Below, one piece after another: positions 46,352-55,451 of a DNA stretch of 64,000 bases. Both the position numbers and the translations under genes were made by a program. Below the pieces are notes generated by a model, which ran no database searches, was not told the origin of the DNA, and saw only the letters and a list, made by a program, of their open reading frames with translations. The DNA is from Candidatus Aenigmatarchaeota archaeon (GTDB taxonomy: Archaea; Aenigmatarchaeota; Aenigmatarchaeia; Aenigmatarchaeales; Aenigmatarchaeaceae): contig JAZDKZ010000004.1 of NCBI GenBank assembly GCA_043802485.1, positions 1-64,000 on the forward strand, given 5' to 3'. Position 1 is the first letter of the stretch, and each line of letters starts with the position of its first letter.

Positions 46352-47410
46352 ATGCTTGACAAGGCTGCGGCTTTCATAAGTGGTTGCAAGGGGAGAACTG
46401 TCGTAGTTTATGACACTGACGGTGACGGCGTCGGTGCCGCGGCGATTCTTGCAAGGACAATGAAAAATATTTTCGGAGACTACCCTGTTGCTCTTCCCAG
46501 AGAACATGGCCTTTCTCTTGTGACAAAAGGCATGGTGGAGAAGCTATACGGCAAGTTCGACAACGTGATATTTCTCGACATAGCTGTGGATGAGAACCCG
46601 GAGCATGTCATCAAGATATCTGAAAAGTCCAGGACCATGATAGTAGACCATCATCAAATAAGTGAAGACCTGAATGGAAAGGGTATATTACATGTCAACT
46701 CGTCTATGATGAAGATAAACATGAGCCCAACAAGATACTGTGTGAGCAAGATGGTCTACGACGTATGCTCACTGATTGCAGATGTCTCGGATTCTGATTG
46801 GCTGGCTGGGATAGGAATAGTCAATGACAGGGCGTGGAGGGTATGGAATGAATTCATGGAAAGCATATATGAAAAGTACGGAATATCGGCGGATGATTTT
46901 TCCCTTGTCAACAATATTGTAAACGCCCCGTTCATGTCGTCGAACGAGGACAGCAACGACCTGGGATACAAGGCGTGCCTGGTCTCAACCCCGAACGACA
47001 TACTTGATGCGAAGACGCCGGAAGCAGAGCGTCTGTGGGAATTTCACAACACGGTTGAGAAGCAGCTTGCTTCTTTCATTGATAACTGGAAAGACAAAGC
47101 CCAAGTCTTTGACGACAAGAAGCTGATAATGCTTGAGATAGAGACGGAATTCTCCATAAGCTCGGTGATTTCGACTAAAATCAGCCTCGAGAAACCAGAC
47201 TATACAGTCATGGTTGCCAGAAGGAATGGAGAGTATGTCTCAGTGAGTCTTAGAAGACAGGACAAAGGAGTAGACTGTGGGGAGTTGGCCAAGAAGCTTA
47301 CTGAAGGGGTTGAGAATTCGAGCGGAGGCGGCCACGTACCCGCAGCAGGAATGAAGATGCTGGCCAAGGACTGGAACTTGATTAAAGAAAGAGCGCAGGA
47401 AATATTATAG
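46352..47410 (+). CDS. DHH/DHHA1 phosphoesterase (RecJ/NrnA-like)
   Basis: YDTDGDG, FLDIA, IVDHH, SLRR, GGGHVPAAG. Confidence 0.9.
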   Translation: MLDKAAAFISGCKGRTVVVYDTDGDGVGAAAILARTMKNIFGDYPVALPREHGLSLVTKGMVEKLYGKFDNVIFLDIAVDENPEHVIKISEKSRTMIVDHHQISEDLNGKGILHVNSSMMKINMSPTRYCVSKMVYDVCSLIADVSDSDWLAGIGIVNDRAWRVWNEFMESIYEKYGISADDFSLVNNIVNAPFMSSNEDSNDLGYKACLVSTPNDILDAKTPEAERLWEFHNTVEKQLASFIDNWKDKAQVFDDKKLIMLEIETEFSISSVISTKISLEKPDYTVMVARRNGEYVSVSLRRQDKGVDCGELAKKLTEGVENSSGGGHVPAAGMKMLAKDWNLIKERAQEIL

Positions 47411-47498
47411 TAAATTAGAAATTTAAACATTTTTGTTCCGGAAAGCTGATGAATTTTCTTGCGAAGAGAATTTAAAGCTTATTTTCATATTTAATGAA

Positions 47499-48074
47499 AT
47501 GGCAATAGGTTTGATTTTGGAAGACCCTGTTTTTAAGGAAAATTACAAACTGGAAGATTGCTATTTGGCCATATGTGATGCCAACAGAGATGCTGCTGGT
47601 TTTCTTATAAGATATAGAGGCGCCACAAAGGCAGAACAAACGCGCAAAATAAGGCTAAGGTCCAACAATTCCTTTGTTTTCGAGTCCGTCTCTATTTCAT
47701 CAGCATTAAGAGAGATCCCTAGGATATATAACGGCAGCAGAGATGCGGTTGTTGTGGCAAACGACAATTTCGATACAATCGATTATGCCAAATTCTTTTT
47801 TGACTGCGGGACGCCGGGGAACAGAAGGTTAAGAAAAATAAAGTCTAATTATGCCGAGTGCATACCCGTCGTTAACAGGATTCTGGAGCCTGCCAGAAAC
47901 GTTGTGAGCTGCTATCCGGTGTTCTTTGCAAAGATAGAAAACAGTAAGAAGAAGAACGACAACGCAGCTCATGTCTTATGCACAAACGAAGCAAGAAACC
48001 TGAAAAAGTCAAGAATAAAAAAAGACTTGAAACACCTTTGTAAGAATGGTTATTATGACAATATTCAAATATAA
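47499..48074 (+). CDS. Divergent RNase H-like fold protein (putative)
   Basis: ICDA...SNNSFVFE...VANDN...NAAHVLC spaced like the RNase HI D/E/D/D sites; ATG 47499 lies 27 nt after TTAAAG. Confidence 0.45.
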   Translation: MAIGLILEDPVFKENYKLEDCYLAICDANRDAAGFLIRYRGATKAEQTRKIRLRSNNSFVFESVSISSALREIPRIYNGSRDAVVVANDNFDTIDYAKFFFDCGTPGNRRLRKIKSNYAECIPVVNRILEPARNVVSCYPVFFAKIENSKKKNDNAAHVLCTNEARNLKKSRIKKDLKHLCKNGYYDNIQI

Positions 48075-48147
48075 AAATTTTTATTCTGTAGAGTGTAATT
48101 GATTTTCTACAATCATAATTTAAAATTTATTCCACTAATTGGAAGCA

Positions 48148-48639
48148 ATGGCAAGAAGACATTATGATACCAAGATTCTAACCGATGGAAACTATGACAC
48201 CAAAAAGGGATTCGGAGTGCCAGGTGTCGTGGTGATAAGGGACGGTGAATATTTGGAAGGCGTTTTCTTCGGCTTTGGAAACTTTCGCTATCCATCATCC
48301 ATGGTATCAGAATGCGCCGCCACCTCACTGGGAATATACGTTGCGACAAACTTCTGCGATACTAGGAACGCGCCCCATGAAAACGGAAGGGCTGTCGTTA
48401 AAAACGACAATTCTGAAATTGTGCGTTTCTTTAATGGAGGGAAAATAGAAAACAACGATAGAGAAAGCCAAGAAATGAAAAATCTTTTAGAAGTTTCTTT
48501 GATGCTGAAAAAGCGATACAAAATAGACGTCAAACATACTAAAGGCGAAGACGTACTTCCAGACCATCTGAGTAGGGAAATAAGGACGCTATTTTTGAAA
48601 AAAGCCGAGGAGTACAAACAGACTGTAACTCTCATTTGA
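48148..48639 (+). CDS. RNase HI-like protein (putative)
   Basis: ILTDGN...GVPGVVV...SECAA...KNDN...VKHTKG...PDHLSRE matches the RNase HI DEDD pattern. Confidence 0.6.
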   Translation: MARRHYDTKILTDGNYDTKKGFGVPGVVVIRDGEYLEGVFFGFGNFRYPSSMVSECAATSLGIYVATNFCDTRNAPHENGRAVVKNDNSEIVRFFNGGKIENNDRESQEMKNLLEVSLMLKKRYKIDVKHTKGEDVLPDHLSREIRTLFLKKAEEYKQTVTLI

Positions 48640-48694
48640 AAACCTTTTAAACGGGCGTTCTGAATTATATTCTATAGTAAAAGGAGGTAATATA

Positions 48695-49420
48695 ATGGTT
48701 AATTACGAAAGTGCTATAAAGAAGCCGTTTACAGACGTGGCAAAGCTGATAATAGGCGCAATAGTGAGCATCATACCGATAGTGAACTGGATAGCCACAG
48801 GCTACGCCCTGGAAAGCTCTGGTCTGGGAAAGACAAAAACATCGAAAAAAATGCCAGAGTGGAAGAACATCGGAAACCTTTTCATCAAAGGCTTTGCTTC
48901 ATACGTGATAGGCTTTGTCTACGCGCTGCCGGCCTTGATAGTCTTCGTGGCAGGGGCAGGATTCGCAGCAACATCGCTGATGAACTCTTATGTTGGAACA
49001 GTGATACCCCAGGACATGATATCGTCGTTGATAGCAGGAGAGACGTCGCCCGAAGTTGTCGCCCAGCTGGTTTCTCAGAACTGGTATCTTGCAATACCGA
49101 CGCTGGTAACCTTGGCGCCAATACTGCTTGCAGGAGCAATACTGATGATAATAGCCAGGTTTGTAACGCCCATGGCTGTTCTGAACTACTTGAAGAACAA
49201 GAGCTTCACCAAGGCGTTCGACATAGGAACAGTTTCAAAGAAGGCTTTCACGATGAGATATTTCACAGTGTGGATAGTGGCGGCCATAGTGACCTTTGTC
49301 GCAACATTGCTGCTGAGCCTGATACCGTGGGTAGGCGCTCCGATAGCAGTGTTTGTAAGCGGCGTGATAACTTACAGCATGTACGGCGATGTGTACAGAG
49401 AAACAAAGGCCAGACGCTAG
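48695..49420 (+). CDS. DUF4013-like membrane protein
   Basis: AIKKPF...IIPIVNWIATGY...MPEW; multiple TMs; AGGAGG RBS. Confidence 0.85.
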   Translation: MVNYESAIKKPFTDVAKLIIGAIVSIIPIVNWIATGYALESSGLGKTKTSKKMPEWKNIGNLFIKGFASYVIGFVYALPALIVFVAGAGFAATSLMNSYVGTVIPQDMISSLIAGETSPEVVAQLVSQNWYLAIPTLVTLAPILLAGAILMIIARFVTPMAVLNYLKNKSFTKAFDIGTVSKKAFTMRYFTVWIVAAIVTFVATLLLSLIPWVGAPIAVFVSGVITYSMYGDVYRETKARR

Positions 49421-49489
49421 TCTGCCTTTCTCTTTTTTATTTTTCTATTTGCTAAAAGAAGATAGCAGAAATGTGCTATCACAACAAAA

Positions 49490-49852
49490 TTAGATGCTCT
49501 TCAGGTCAATCAGCGGCTTTGAGTCCACTTCTATGTCCTTGCTGCCAAGTATCTTTGACACTGCTCTTGACAGGGCGTCCTCGCTCAGCTCCATCTTTGT
49601 GATTCTATGAAGCTCCTCTACCTTCTCCTTCAAGGAGACCTCGATAGAGTCTATCTTCTCCTTGAGATCGTCAAGCTTATCCTCGTTCTTCTCGAACCTT
49701 ACTATCAGCGCCTCGACCAGCTCGTTGGCTATGATGTACTTTAGCCTGACATTGCTCTCCTCTGTGTTCTCGATATAATCCCTGAGTATGTCTATCTGGG
49801 CCTTTAGCGTGTTCAGCTGCGCCTTTATTATCGGTTCAATATTTTCTTTCAT
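49490..49852 (-). CDS. Coiled-coil hypothetical protein
   Basis: Heptad-rich 120 aa; overlaps the upstream gene. Confidence 0.7.
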   Translation of the reverse strand: MKENIEPIIKAQLNTLKAQIDILRDYIENTEESNVRLKYIIANELVEALIVRFEKNEDKLDDLKEKIDSIEVSLKEKVEELHRITKMELSEDALSRAVSKILGSKDIEVDSKPLIDLKSI

Positions 49853-50102
49853 TCTTTTCGCTCTCCAATACCTTTAGCAAAGATGTGTCAACCTGGGTCC
49901 TGGCCTTCATTGAATCTATCATGTTCTCCAGAATTCTGACCTTGTTCTTCAGCTCGCTTATTGACGCGTCGTCCTTGGAGGAAGATATGCTTTTGATATC
50001 CTCCCGCATGGACTTTATGTTGCCGTCATAGACTTCGAACTTTTTCTTGAGAATAGATATGAGCTCGTTCAAGAAGCCGTTTAGTTCGACTTTTTCTGTC
50101 AT
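49836..50102 (-). CDS. Coiled-coil hypothetical protein
   Basis: ATG 50102 lies 27 nt after TTAAAA on the minus strand; heptad-rich. Confidence 0.7.
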   Translation of the reverse strand: MTEKVELNGFLNELISILKKKFEVYDGNIKSMREDIKSISSSKDDASISELKNKVRILENMIDSMKARTQVDTSLLKVLESEKNERKY

Positions 50103-50214
50103 AAATAGAAAATGTAGACTAAATTTTAAATACTTGACATTTGGCACACTACAATCACAGGATTGTTAACTGTTTTTGTAAAGTAAATATCAAAATCTTC
50201 CAATTAGGAGACAT

Positions 50215-50664
50215 TCAGTTCTTTGCAATCCCTTTGGCCACAAGCCTTCCTATGATTTGTTTATTTTTTCTCAAGTCCTCCTCTCCGATTGCGTCCTTTT
50301 TGATGAGCTCGTATTTGTCTTCAGACGTTATGTCGCCTGTAACTATTCCATAGCCTCCTGGTTCTGTAAAGACCCCCCTAAAAATAAAATCATTTGTTGT
50401 GACCATGCCTCCGTTGCTTTCGTTCGGGTATGTAAAAGTCACTTTGCCCCAATAATCTTCGATTGTAGTTTCTATTCCTATTTTTCTCTTGAGATATTCT
50501 AACGTTCTGGAAGAAACGCGATTCGGTTCTTCGCCGTCCAATGGACGACGAAGATAATACTCGTTAATCCTTTCAAGCCTTTTTTCACGTTCCTCTTTTC
50601 CTAGCTTGTAGATTTTGCGGTTTTTTCTTGTCAGACCATCAACAAGCCGTTCATACCTATCCAT
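50215..50664 (-). CDS. Hypothetical protein
   Basis: 149-aa ORF with ATG start filling the gap. Confidence 0.65.
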   Translation of the reverse strand: MDRYERLVDGLTRKNRKIYKLGKEEREKRLERINEYYLRRPLDGEEPNRVSSRTLEYLKRKIGIETTIEDYWGKVTFTYPNESNGGMVTTNDFIFRGVFTEPGGYGIVTGDITSEDKYELIKKDAIGEEDLRKNKQIIGRLVAKGIAKN

Positions 50665-50748
50665 AATATCACGTTCCTTTTTAGTAGAGAGAGAAAAAGC
50701 CTTCCATAAGTAGGGTTTGAAAATTATTAAGCTTTTGTATCTTAAACT

Positions 50749-50943
50749 TCAGCCCTTCTTCTCGTTTATCTTGAAGGTTCTGACTGCCTTGTACCAGACG
50801 ATTATCCCGAAGGCGGAGCTTATGATGGAGACAACGTCTATCACTCCCGGCTTGTTGACAAAGTCCTCGATATCCTTCAGGGTCTTCCTAAAGTCTACTG
50901 TCCTTGCCGGCCATGGGAAAGGCCTGTGCTCTATTCTCTTCAT
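50749..50943 (-). CDS. Small hypothetical protein
   Basis: 64-aa ORF, ATG start, TATA-like element upstream. Confidence 0.55.
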   Translation of the reverse strand: MKRIEHRPFPWPARTVDFRKTLKDIEDFVNKPGVIDVVSIISSAFGIIVWYKAVRTFKINEKKG

Positions 50944-51004
50944 AATAGAAATATAGATGTTTTGAGATTTATTTAGGCGTTCCTATCTAAAGGAGATTAG
51001 TTTT

Positions 51005-51199
51005 TCATCTTTTGTCCAAAAAATGTTCTACAATATAGTAGAAAACAACTAGAACTATTGTGGAGACTATTATCACTGCCTCGCCAATGTATACGTTGCC
51101 TTTGAATAACTGTATTATTGCTAGCGTTCCTGAAAACGCCCACATCAGTATAAATGAGGCTGTGACAGCCCAGAACCATGAAGGCCTTTTTCCTAACAT
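51005..51199 (-). CDS. Small two-TM membrane protein
   Basis: Two hydrophobic helices in 64 aa. Confidence 0.6.
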   Translation of the reverse strand: MLGKRPSWFWAVTASFILMWAFSGTLAIIQLFKGNVYIGEAVIIVSTIVLVVFYYIVEHFLDKR

Positions 51200-51531
51200 G
51201 TTAAAGATTATGTAAAGCTACAATTTAAAATGGTCGCATAAATTCTATAGTTTTTGCTATAGGTTTTATAGAAGTGCATAACTATTAAGCAAAAACCTGA
51301 AATTATTCTGACCGTGTTGATCAAAGAATGTTTGCAAGGGCCGTTTTCTATAGATTATGGAAACCCTGAAAATCGGGAATAATTTAAAAAGTTAGACAAT
51401 CGTCTAATTCGGGCCTTTTCAGCCTTTTCCTGATTTTTTCTTAAAGTACTTGAAGTATTCTGATGGTTTCCTAAGCAAATAGAGTTTTTTTATAAAGTAT
51501 TTTCTTAAAGTATTATTATGTATGTGATTTC

Positions 51532-52512
51532 ATGATTTGGTATGAAAGATATGGGTGGGGTTCGAATCCGTTCGAGCTAAAGCCAATGCCAGACCTTATA
51601 TCAGGGTTTGACGAGATAAGGAGCGAACTGCTCGAGTTCGTCAAATCAGGAGACTGCTGCCTTCTAACAGGCATGGAGGGCATGGGTAAGACAACGCTTC
51701 TGAAATGGCTGGAAAAGTACGCTCTGCAGGAATACGAGCCAATATACATCAACACAATCGGCATGTCGAAGGATGAGCTGAAGCTGATCAACATCGACAA
51801 GATAATCAGGGACAAGGTGAACCTTCTCGACAAGTTCAGAAAAAAGGAAAGGAACATCGTCATGCTAATTGACGAGGCGCAGGCTCTGCCGCCGACAGTA
51901 GGCGACGCGATAACAAGGAACCTCGACAACAATCTTATCAAGTCGGTGGTGCTTGCCGCGCCTGCCGACAGTTCGAAATTGATTTTGTCGGAAAAAATAG
52001 GCAAGAAGAAAATTGCAGTGAGGCTGATGAAGGCTGACGAGGCGATGGGCATGATACTCAAGCGCATCGGCTACAACAACCCCTTCGATCATGAAAGCCT
52101 GGAGATAATTTTCTCGAAAGCAACGTTCATACCGAAAAGAATACTTGAGCTCTGCGAAAGGATTGCAAGGGCCAACATGGAAAAGCATGTGTCGAAAGAT
52201 TTTGTCGAGGCGTACTTTGGCCTTGAGGGTTCGATGGACGACTCAACCTCTTTTCTGAACAGCCTGTCGCCGCTGCAGAGGAAGATAGTCATAGTCCTGA
52301 AGACCGGTAACCACAGGCCCAAGGACATAGCCAAAAGGCTCAAAAAGCCTGCCAAAACGATAACATCCCAGCTGGCATACCTAAGCCTAAAGGCAGGCAT
52401 CAAGACCATGAAGAGGAAGGGGATAGAGAATCCTGTTGTGGAGAAGATACCTGGAACACATGCTGTCTATAGGCTCACTGACAGCGCAAGGAAGACGCTG
52501 ATAAAAGAATAA
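51532..52512 (+). CDS. ExeA/AAA_22-like AAA+ ATPase with C-terminal winged HTH
   Basis: WYERYGWGSNPF, Walker A GMEGMGKT, Walker B MLIDEAQ, C-terminal LSPLQRKIV...RPKDIAKRLKKPAKTITSQL. Confidence 0.82.
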   Translation: MIWYERYGWGSNPFELKPMPDLISGFDEIRSELLEFVKSGDCCLLTGMEGMGKTTLLKWLEKYALQEYEPIYINTIGMSKDELKLINIDKIIRDKVNLLDKFRKKERNIVMLIDEAQALPPTVGDAITRNLDNNLIKSVVLAAPADSSKLILSEKIGKKKIAVRLMKADEAMGMILKRIGYNNPFDHESLEIIFSKATFIPKRILELCERIARANMEKHVSKDFVEAYFGLEGSMDDSTSFLNSLSPLQRKIVIVLKTGNHRPKDIAKRLKKPAKTITSQLAYLSLKAGIKTMKRKGIENPVVEKIPGTHAVYRLTDSARKTLIKE

Positions 52513-52530
52513 ATAAGGGGAAGCTAATCT

Positions 52531-52923
52531 ATGGTCATGGAAGAGGAAAAAAAGAAGGCTTCTGACAGCGGCGAATCCATATGGAAGAGCTTGATGAAAG
52601 AGGTCAAGGAAGAGGCCCCGAAAGAGGAATCTATAGACGAAACCCCAGCCGCTAAGCAGGGACCTGTTTTCCAGAATTCTATAGAAAAGAAACCTATAGA
52701 AGATTCTATAGAAAAACCCTTAGAGAACACTGAGGAAAAGACGGACAAGCCCAAGGAAGAGACAAAAGCAGAAGAAAAGTCTGCTGAGAAAAAGGAGGCT
52801 CCTAAGAAGAGCAAGTTCACGACAATAATGCTCACCAAGGAGCTGAAGGAAAAGTTGACAAAGGCAAAGGATCCGCACGAGTCCTACGGCGACTATATAC
52901 AAAGGCTGCTGGAAAGGGCATAA
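52531..52923 (+). CDS. Protein with disordered acidic N-terminus and C-terminal ribbon-helix-helix-like DNA-binding domain
   Basis: FTTIMLTKELKEKLTKAKDPHESYGDYIQRLL is RHH-like. Confidence 0.7.
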   Translation: MVMEEEKKKASDSGESIWKSLMKEVKEEAPKEESIDETPAAKQGPVFQNSIEKKPIEDSIEKPLENTEEKTDKPKEETKAEEKSAEKKEAPKKSKFTTIMLTKELKEKLTKAKDPHESYGDYIQRLLERA

Positions 52924-52962
52924 AATTTATTAACCAGCCACCAATTATTATAAAGTGAAAAA

Positions 52963-53553
52963 ATGGCTAAAAAACGAAAAATCTCCAGAGAGGAGAGATT
53001 CGAAAGTATGCTAGAGAAGAACGCCAAGGACTTTGCCGAAGAGATAGTCGCCCTGGCCAAAAAGGCAGGCATAAAGCCAGAGAAGCGCCACAAGGAAAAT
53101 GATGACTGGAACTTTAGGGTTTTCGGTTTTGTAGGACCCCTGATAGGGAGCGTCTTTGGCGCCCTGTTTCTGGTGCTGTTCTCGTGGCTGGTCGGCATTG
53201 TGAGCGCCGTGCTGGGCATTAGTTTCTTCATAAGTGTGTCCTATTTCATAACAAACAATGTGCATTGGTTCTTTGTGCTTTTCCTTTTCTTCGGCTACAG
53301 CGAGTACTTTTCAAAAAGGTTCAAGAAGAGATACTGGTTGGTGTCACCCTTTGTGAGCGGGACTGGCCTGGTCTTTGTTCTTTGGCTGGCTATCTGGGCT
53401 CTTAACATGGTCAACGTTTACGGGAACAGCGTCTTTGTGGCGAATCTTTCCAACTTCCTCTACGCCAACATGTTAAGCATAATGTTTGTTTTTATAGTCT
53501 TGGATTACGTATTAATAGTACTTGAAAAAATTATAATAACTGAGGGAATGTAA
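52963..53553 (+). CDS. Multi-pass membrane protein
   Basis: About 4-5 TMs; TAATG coupling to the PspC gene. Confidence 0.75.
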   Translation: MAKKRKISREERFESMLEKNAKDFAEEIVALAKKAGIKPEKRHKENDDWNFRVFGFVGPLIGSVFGALFLVLFSWLVGIVSAVLGISFFISVSYFITNNVHWFFVLFLFFGYSEYFSKRFKKRYWLVSPFVSGTGLVFVLWLAIWALNMVNVYGNSVFVANLSNFLYANMLSIMFVFIVLDYVLIVLEKIIITEGM

Positions 53554-53807
53554 TGGCAGCAAAAAGAAAAGCTAAAACATCAAGAACAGCACCAAGAAGA
53601 ACAAGCAGCTCGGCAAAGAGGCTGTACAGATCCAGCAAGAACAAGATACTTGGCGGCGTCTGCGGAGGCATAGGCGAATACCTCAACGTTGACCCGACAA
53701 TAGTAAGGTTGTTGTGGGCGCTTTCAGCGTTTGTATGGGGAGCAGGCATACTGCTCTACTTGCTTGCATGGCTGATTATACCCAGGAACCCTAACCAGAG
53801 ATGGTAA
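53553..53807 (+). CDS. pspC: PspC domain protein
   Basis: KRLYRSSKNKILGGVCGGIGEYLNVDPTIVRL...YLLAWLIIP. Confidence 0.92.
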   Translation: MAAKRKAKTSRTAPRRTSSSAKRLYRSSKNKILGGVCGGIGEYLNVDPTIVRLLWALSAFVWGAGILLYLLAWLIIPRNPNQRW

Positions 53808-53885
53808 AACCTGTCTAGTTTTCTTGGAAACAAAGACATTTCTATATTTTTTTATTTTTAAATTCTGCCAGCTATATAGTTCTGC

Positions 53886-54453
53886 ATGAGGCTTGGCAGA
53901 AAATTCTATTCAAGAGACACAGAGACCATTGCAAAGGACCTTCTAGGAAAGATATTGGTCCACAAGACAAAGGAAGGAATTCTCAAGGGAAGAATAGTCG
54001 AGACCGAAGCCTACCTAGGAAAGAACGACCCTGGGGCAAAAGGCAACAGGAACATCAAGAATGCGCCAAAGTCCCTGCTGAAAGAGCCTGGCCATGCCTT
54101 TGTCTACTTCACCTATGGCAACCACTGGATGCTCAACGTAGTTGCCAAGAATCCTGGCATTCTTGGTGCTGTTCTGCTGAGGGGTATCGAGCCCTTGAAA
54201 GGGATTGAACTGATGAAGAGGAACAGAAAGAAGGATGATATTGCAAACCTTTCCAACGGCCCTGGTAAATTGACGCAGGCTTTTGGAATAAGCAAAAAAC
54301 ACGACGGCATTGACCTGACAAAAAGCAGCCTTTTCGTCGAAGACTCGAAAGACAAGCCGAAGATACATACAACCACAAGGATAGGGCTGTCGAAAGGCGG
54401 CGGCCTGCCTAAGGTTCTACATAAAGGGCAGTGACTTTGTCTCAAGGAAATAA
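53886..54453 (+). CDS. mpg: 3-methyladenine DNA glycosylase (MPG/AAG family) with an apparent frameshift near the 3' end
   Basis: GRIVETEAY, PGHAFVYFTYGNHWMLNVV, AVLLRGIEP, NGPGKLTQAFGI, RIGLS. The in-frame stop is at 54434, but the family-type ending RFYIKGSDFVSRK* lies in another frame ending at 54453. Confidence 0.85.
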
Positions 54454-54484
54454 AGGACTTAAAGTTTAGAAACAAACTATAAGC

Positions 54485-54682
54485 ATGAGGCTTGAAAATA
54501 TTATCGTCGCATTCTTCATTGCAGTGTTTCTTCTAACTCTGGTTAGCATAGAGCCTTACAGCACAGGAAACTTCATAATGCCAACACCGCTTAGCCTGGA
54601 GGTCGGGCTTTTCATAATAGCTGTTTCTTTTTTCATAGTGCTGATACTGCTGTTACCGAAAAGAAAATACAACGCCTTCTAG
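54485..54682 (+). CDS. Small two-TM protein
   Basis: Two hydrophobic helices separated by STGNFI. Confidence 0.6.
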   Translation: MRLENIIVAFFIAVFLLTLVSIEPYSTGNFIMPTPLSLEVGLFIIAVSFFIVLILLLPKRKYNAF

Positions 54683-55446
54683 ACCTCGCTTCTGCTGAAA
54701 AGGTAGCTGCCTATCATTATAAACACTATCGATATAACAGAAAGCGCTAAGAGGTCGACATAAATCGGAAAATAGGAAAAGCCAACCAAGGAGGCCCTCA
54801 AACCGTCAACGCCGTAGGTTATTGGGTCCATGAAAGCTAGAAGCTTCAGCCAGCTCGGAAGAGGGTCTAAAGGCGAGAAGGGCGATGAAAGGAATAGCAA
54901 TGGAAATATCAGTATTGACATTATGAACTGGAAGCCCTCTATGCTCTGCAATTTCGAAGCTATTATCAGGCCTATGCCTATTGCAACAAAGGACGTCAGG
55001 AGCATGAAAGGAAGCGCAAAAATCAGGAGCGGTGAGATGCTGAATGAGACTCCCATTATTATCGAGATTGTCAAAACGATAGTGGCTTGTACCATTGCGA
55101 TTGTGGCGCCGCCAAGTATGGTGCCTATCACTATGGAAGTCCTGCTGACAGGAGCTACCAGAACTTCCTGCAGGAAGCCGAACTGCCTGTCCCAAAGGAT
55201 GGACAGGCCTGTGAACAATGATGGGAAGAGGATTGACCAGGCAATTATGCCTGGTGCAAGTATTTCCATATAGCCTATGCCGGCTGGTAGATCAGTAAAG
55301 GTTGCCGAACCAAGGCCGAACCCCAGAATAGCAAGGAACATGAAAGGCTGCACAATGTTTGAGATCAGCCTTCCCTTGTCCCTGGAAAATCTTTTCAGCT
55401 GCCTCAGCCATATGACATATATTGCTTGGTAGTTTAGTGATAACAT
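54679..55446 (-). CDS. ABC-2 type transporter permease
   Basis: LAPGII, DRQFGFLQEVLVAPVSR, DPITYGVDGLR. Confidence 0.92.
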   Translation of the reverse strand: MLSLNYQAIYVIWLRQLKRFSRDKGRLISNIVQPFMFLAILGFGLGSATFTDLPAGIGYMEILAPGIIAWSILFPSLFTGLSILWDRQFGFLQEVLVAPVSRTSIVIGTILGGATIAMVQATIVLTISIIMGVSFSISPLLIFALPFMLLTSFVAIGIGLIIASKLQSIEGFQFIMSILIFPLLFLSSPFSPLDPLPSWLKLLAFMDPITYGVDGLRASLVGFSYFPIYVDLLALSVISIVFIMIGSYLFSRSEV

Positions 55447-55451
55447 AAAAA

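Noticed and set aside
51532..52512. Orc1/Cdc6 replication initiator with ORB elements
   Set aside because: The N-terminus (Y..GW..NPF) and DEAQ are ExeA/AAA_22-like, and no G-string ORB motif was seen upstream; kept only as a looser hypothesis.
54432..54434. TGA read-through (selenocysteine or recoding) in mpg
   Set aside because: The conserved C-terminus is in a different frame, so this is a frameshift and not read-through.
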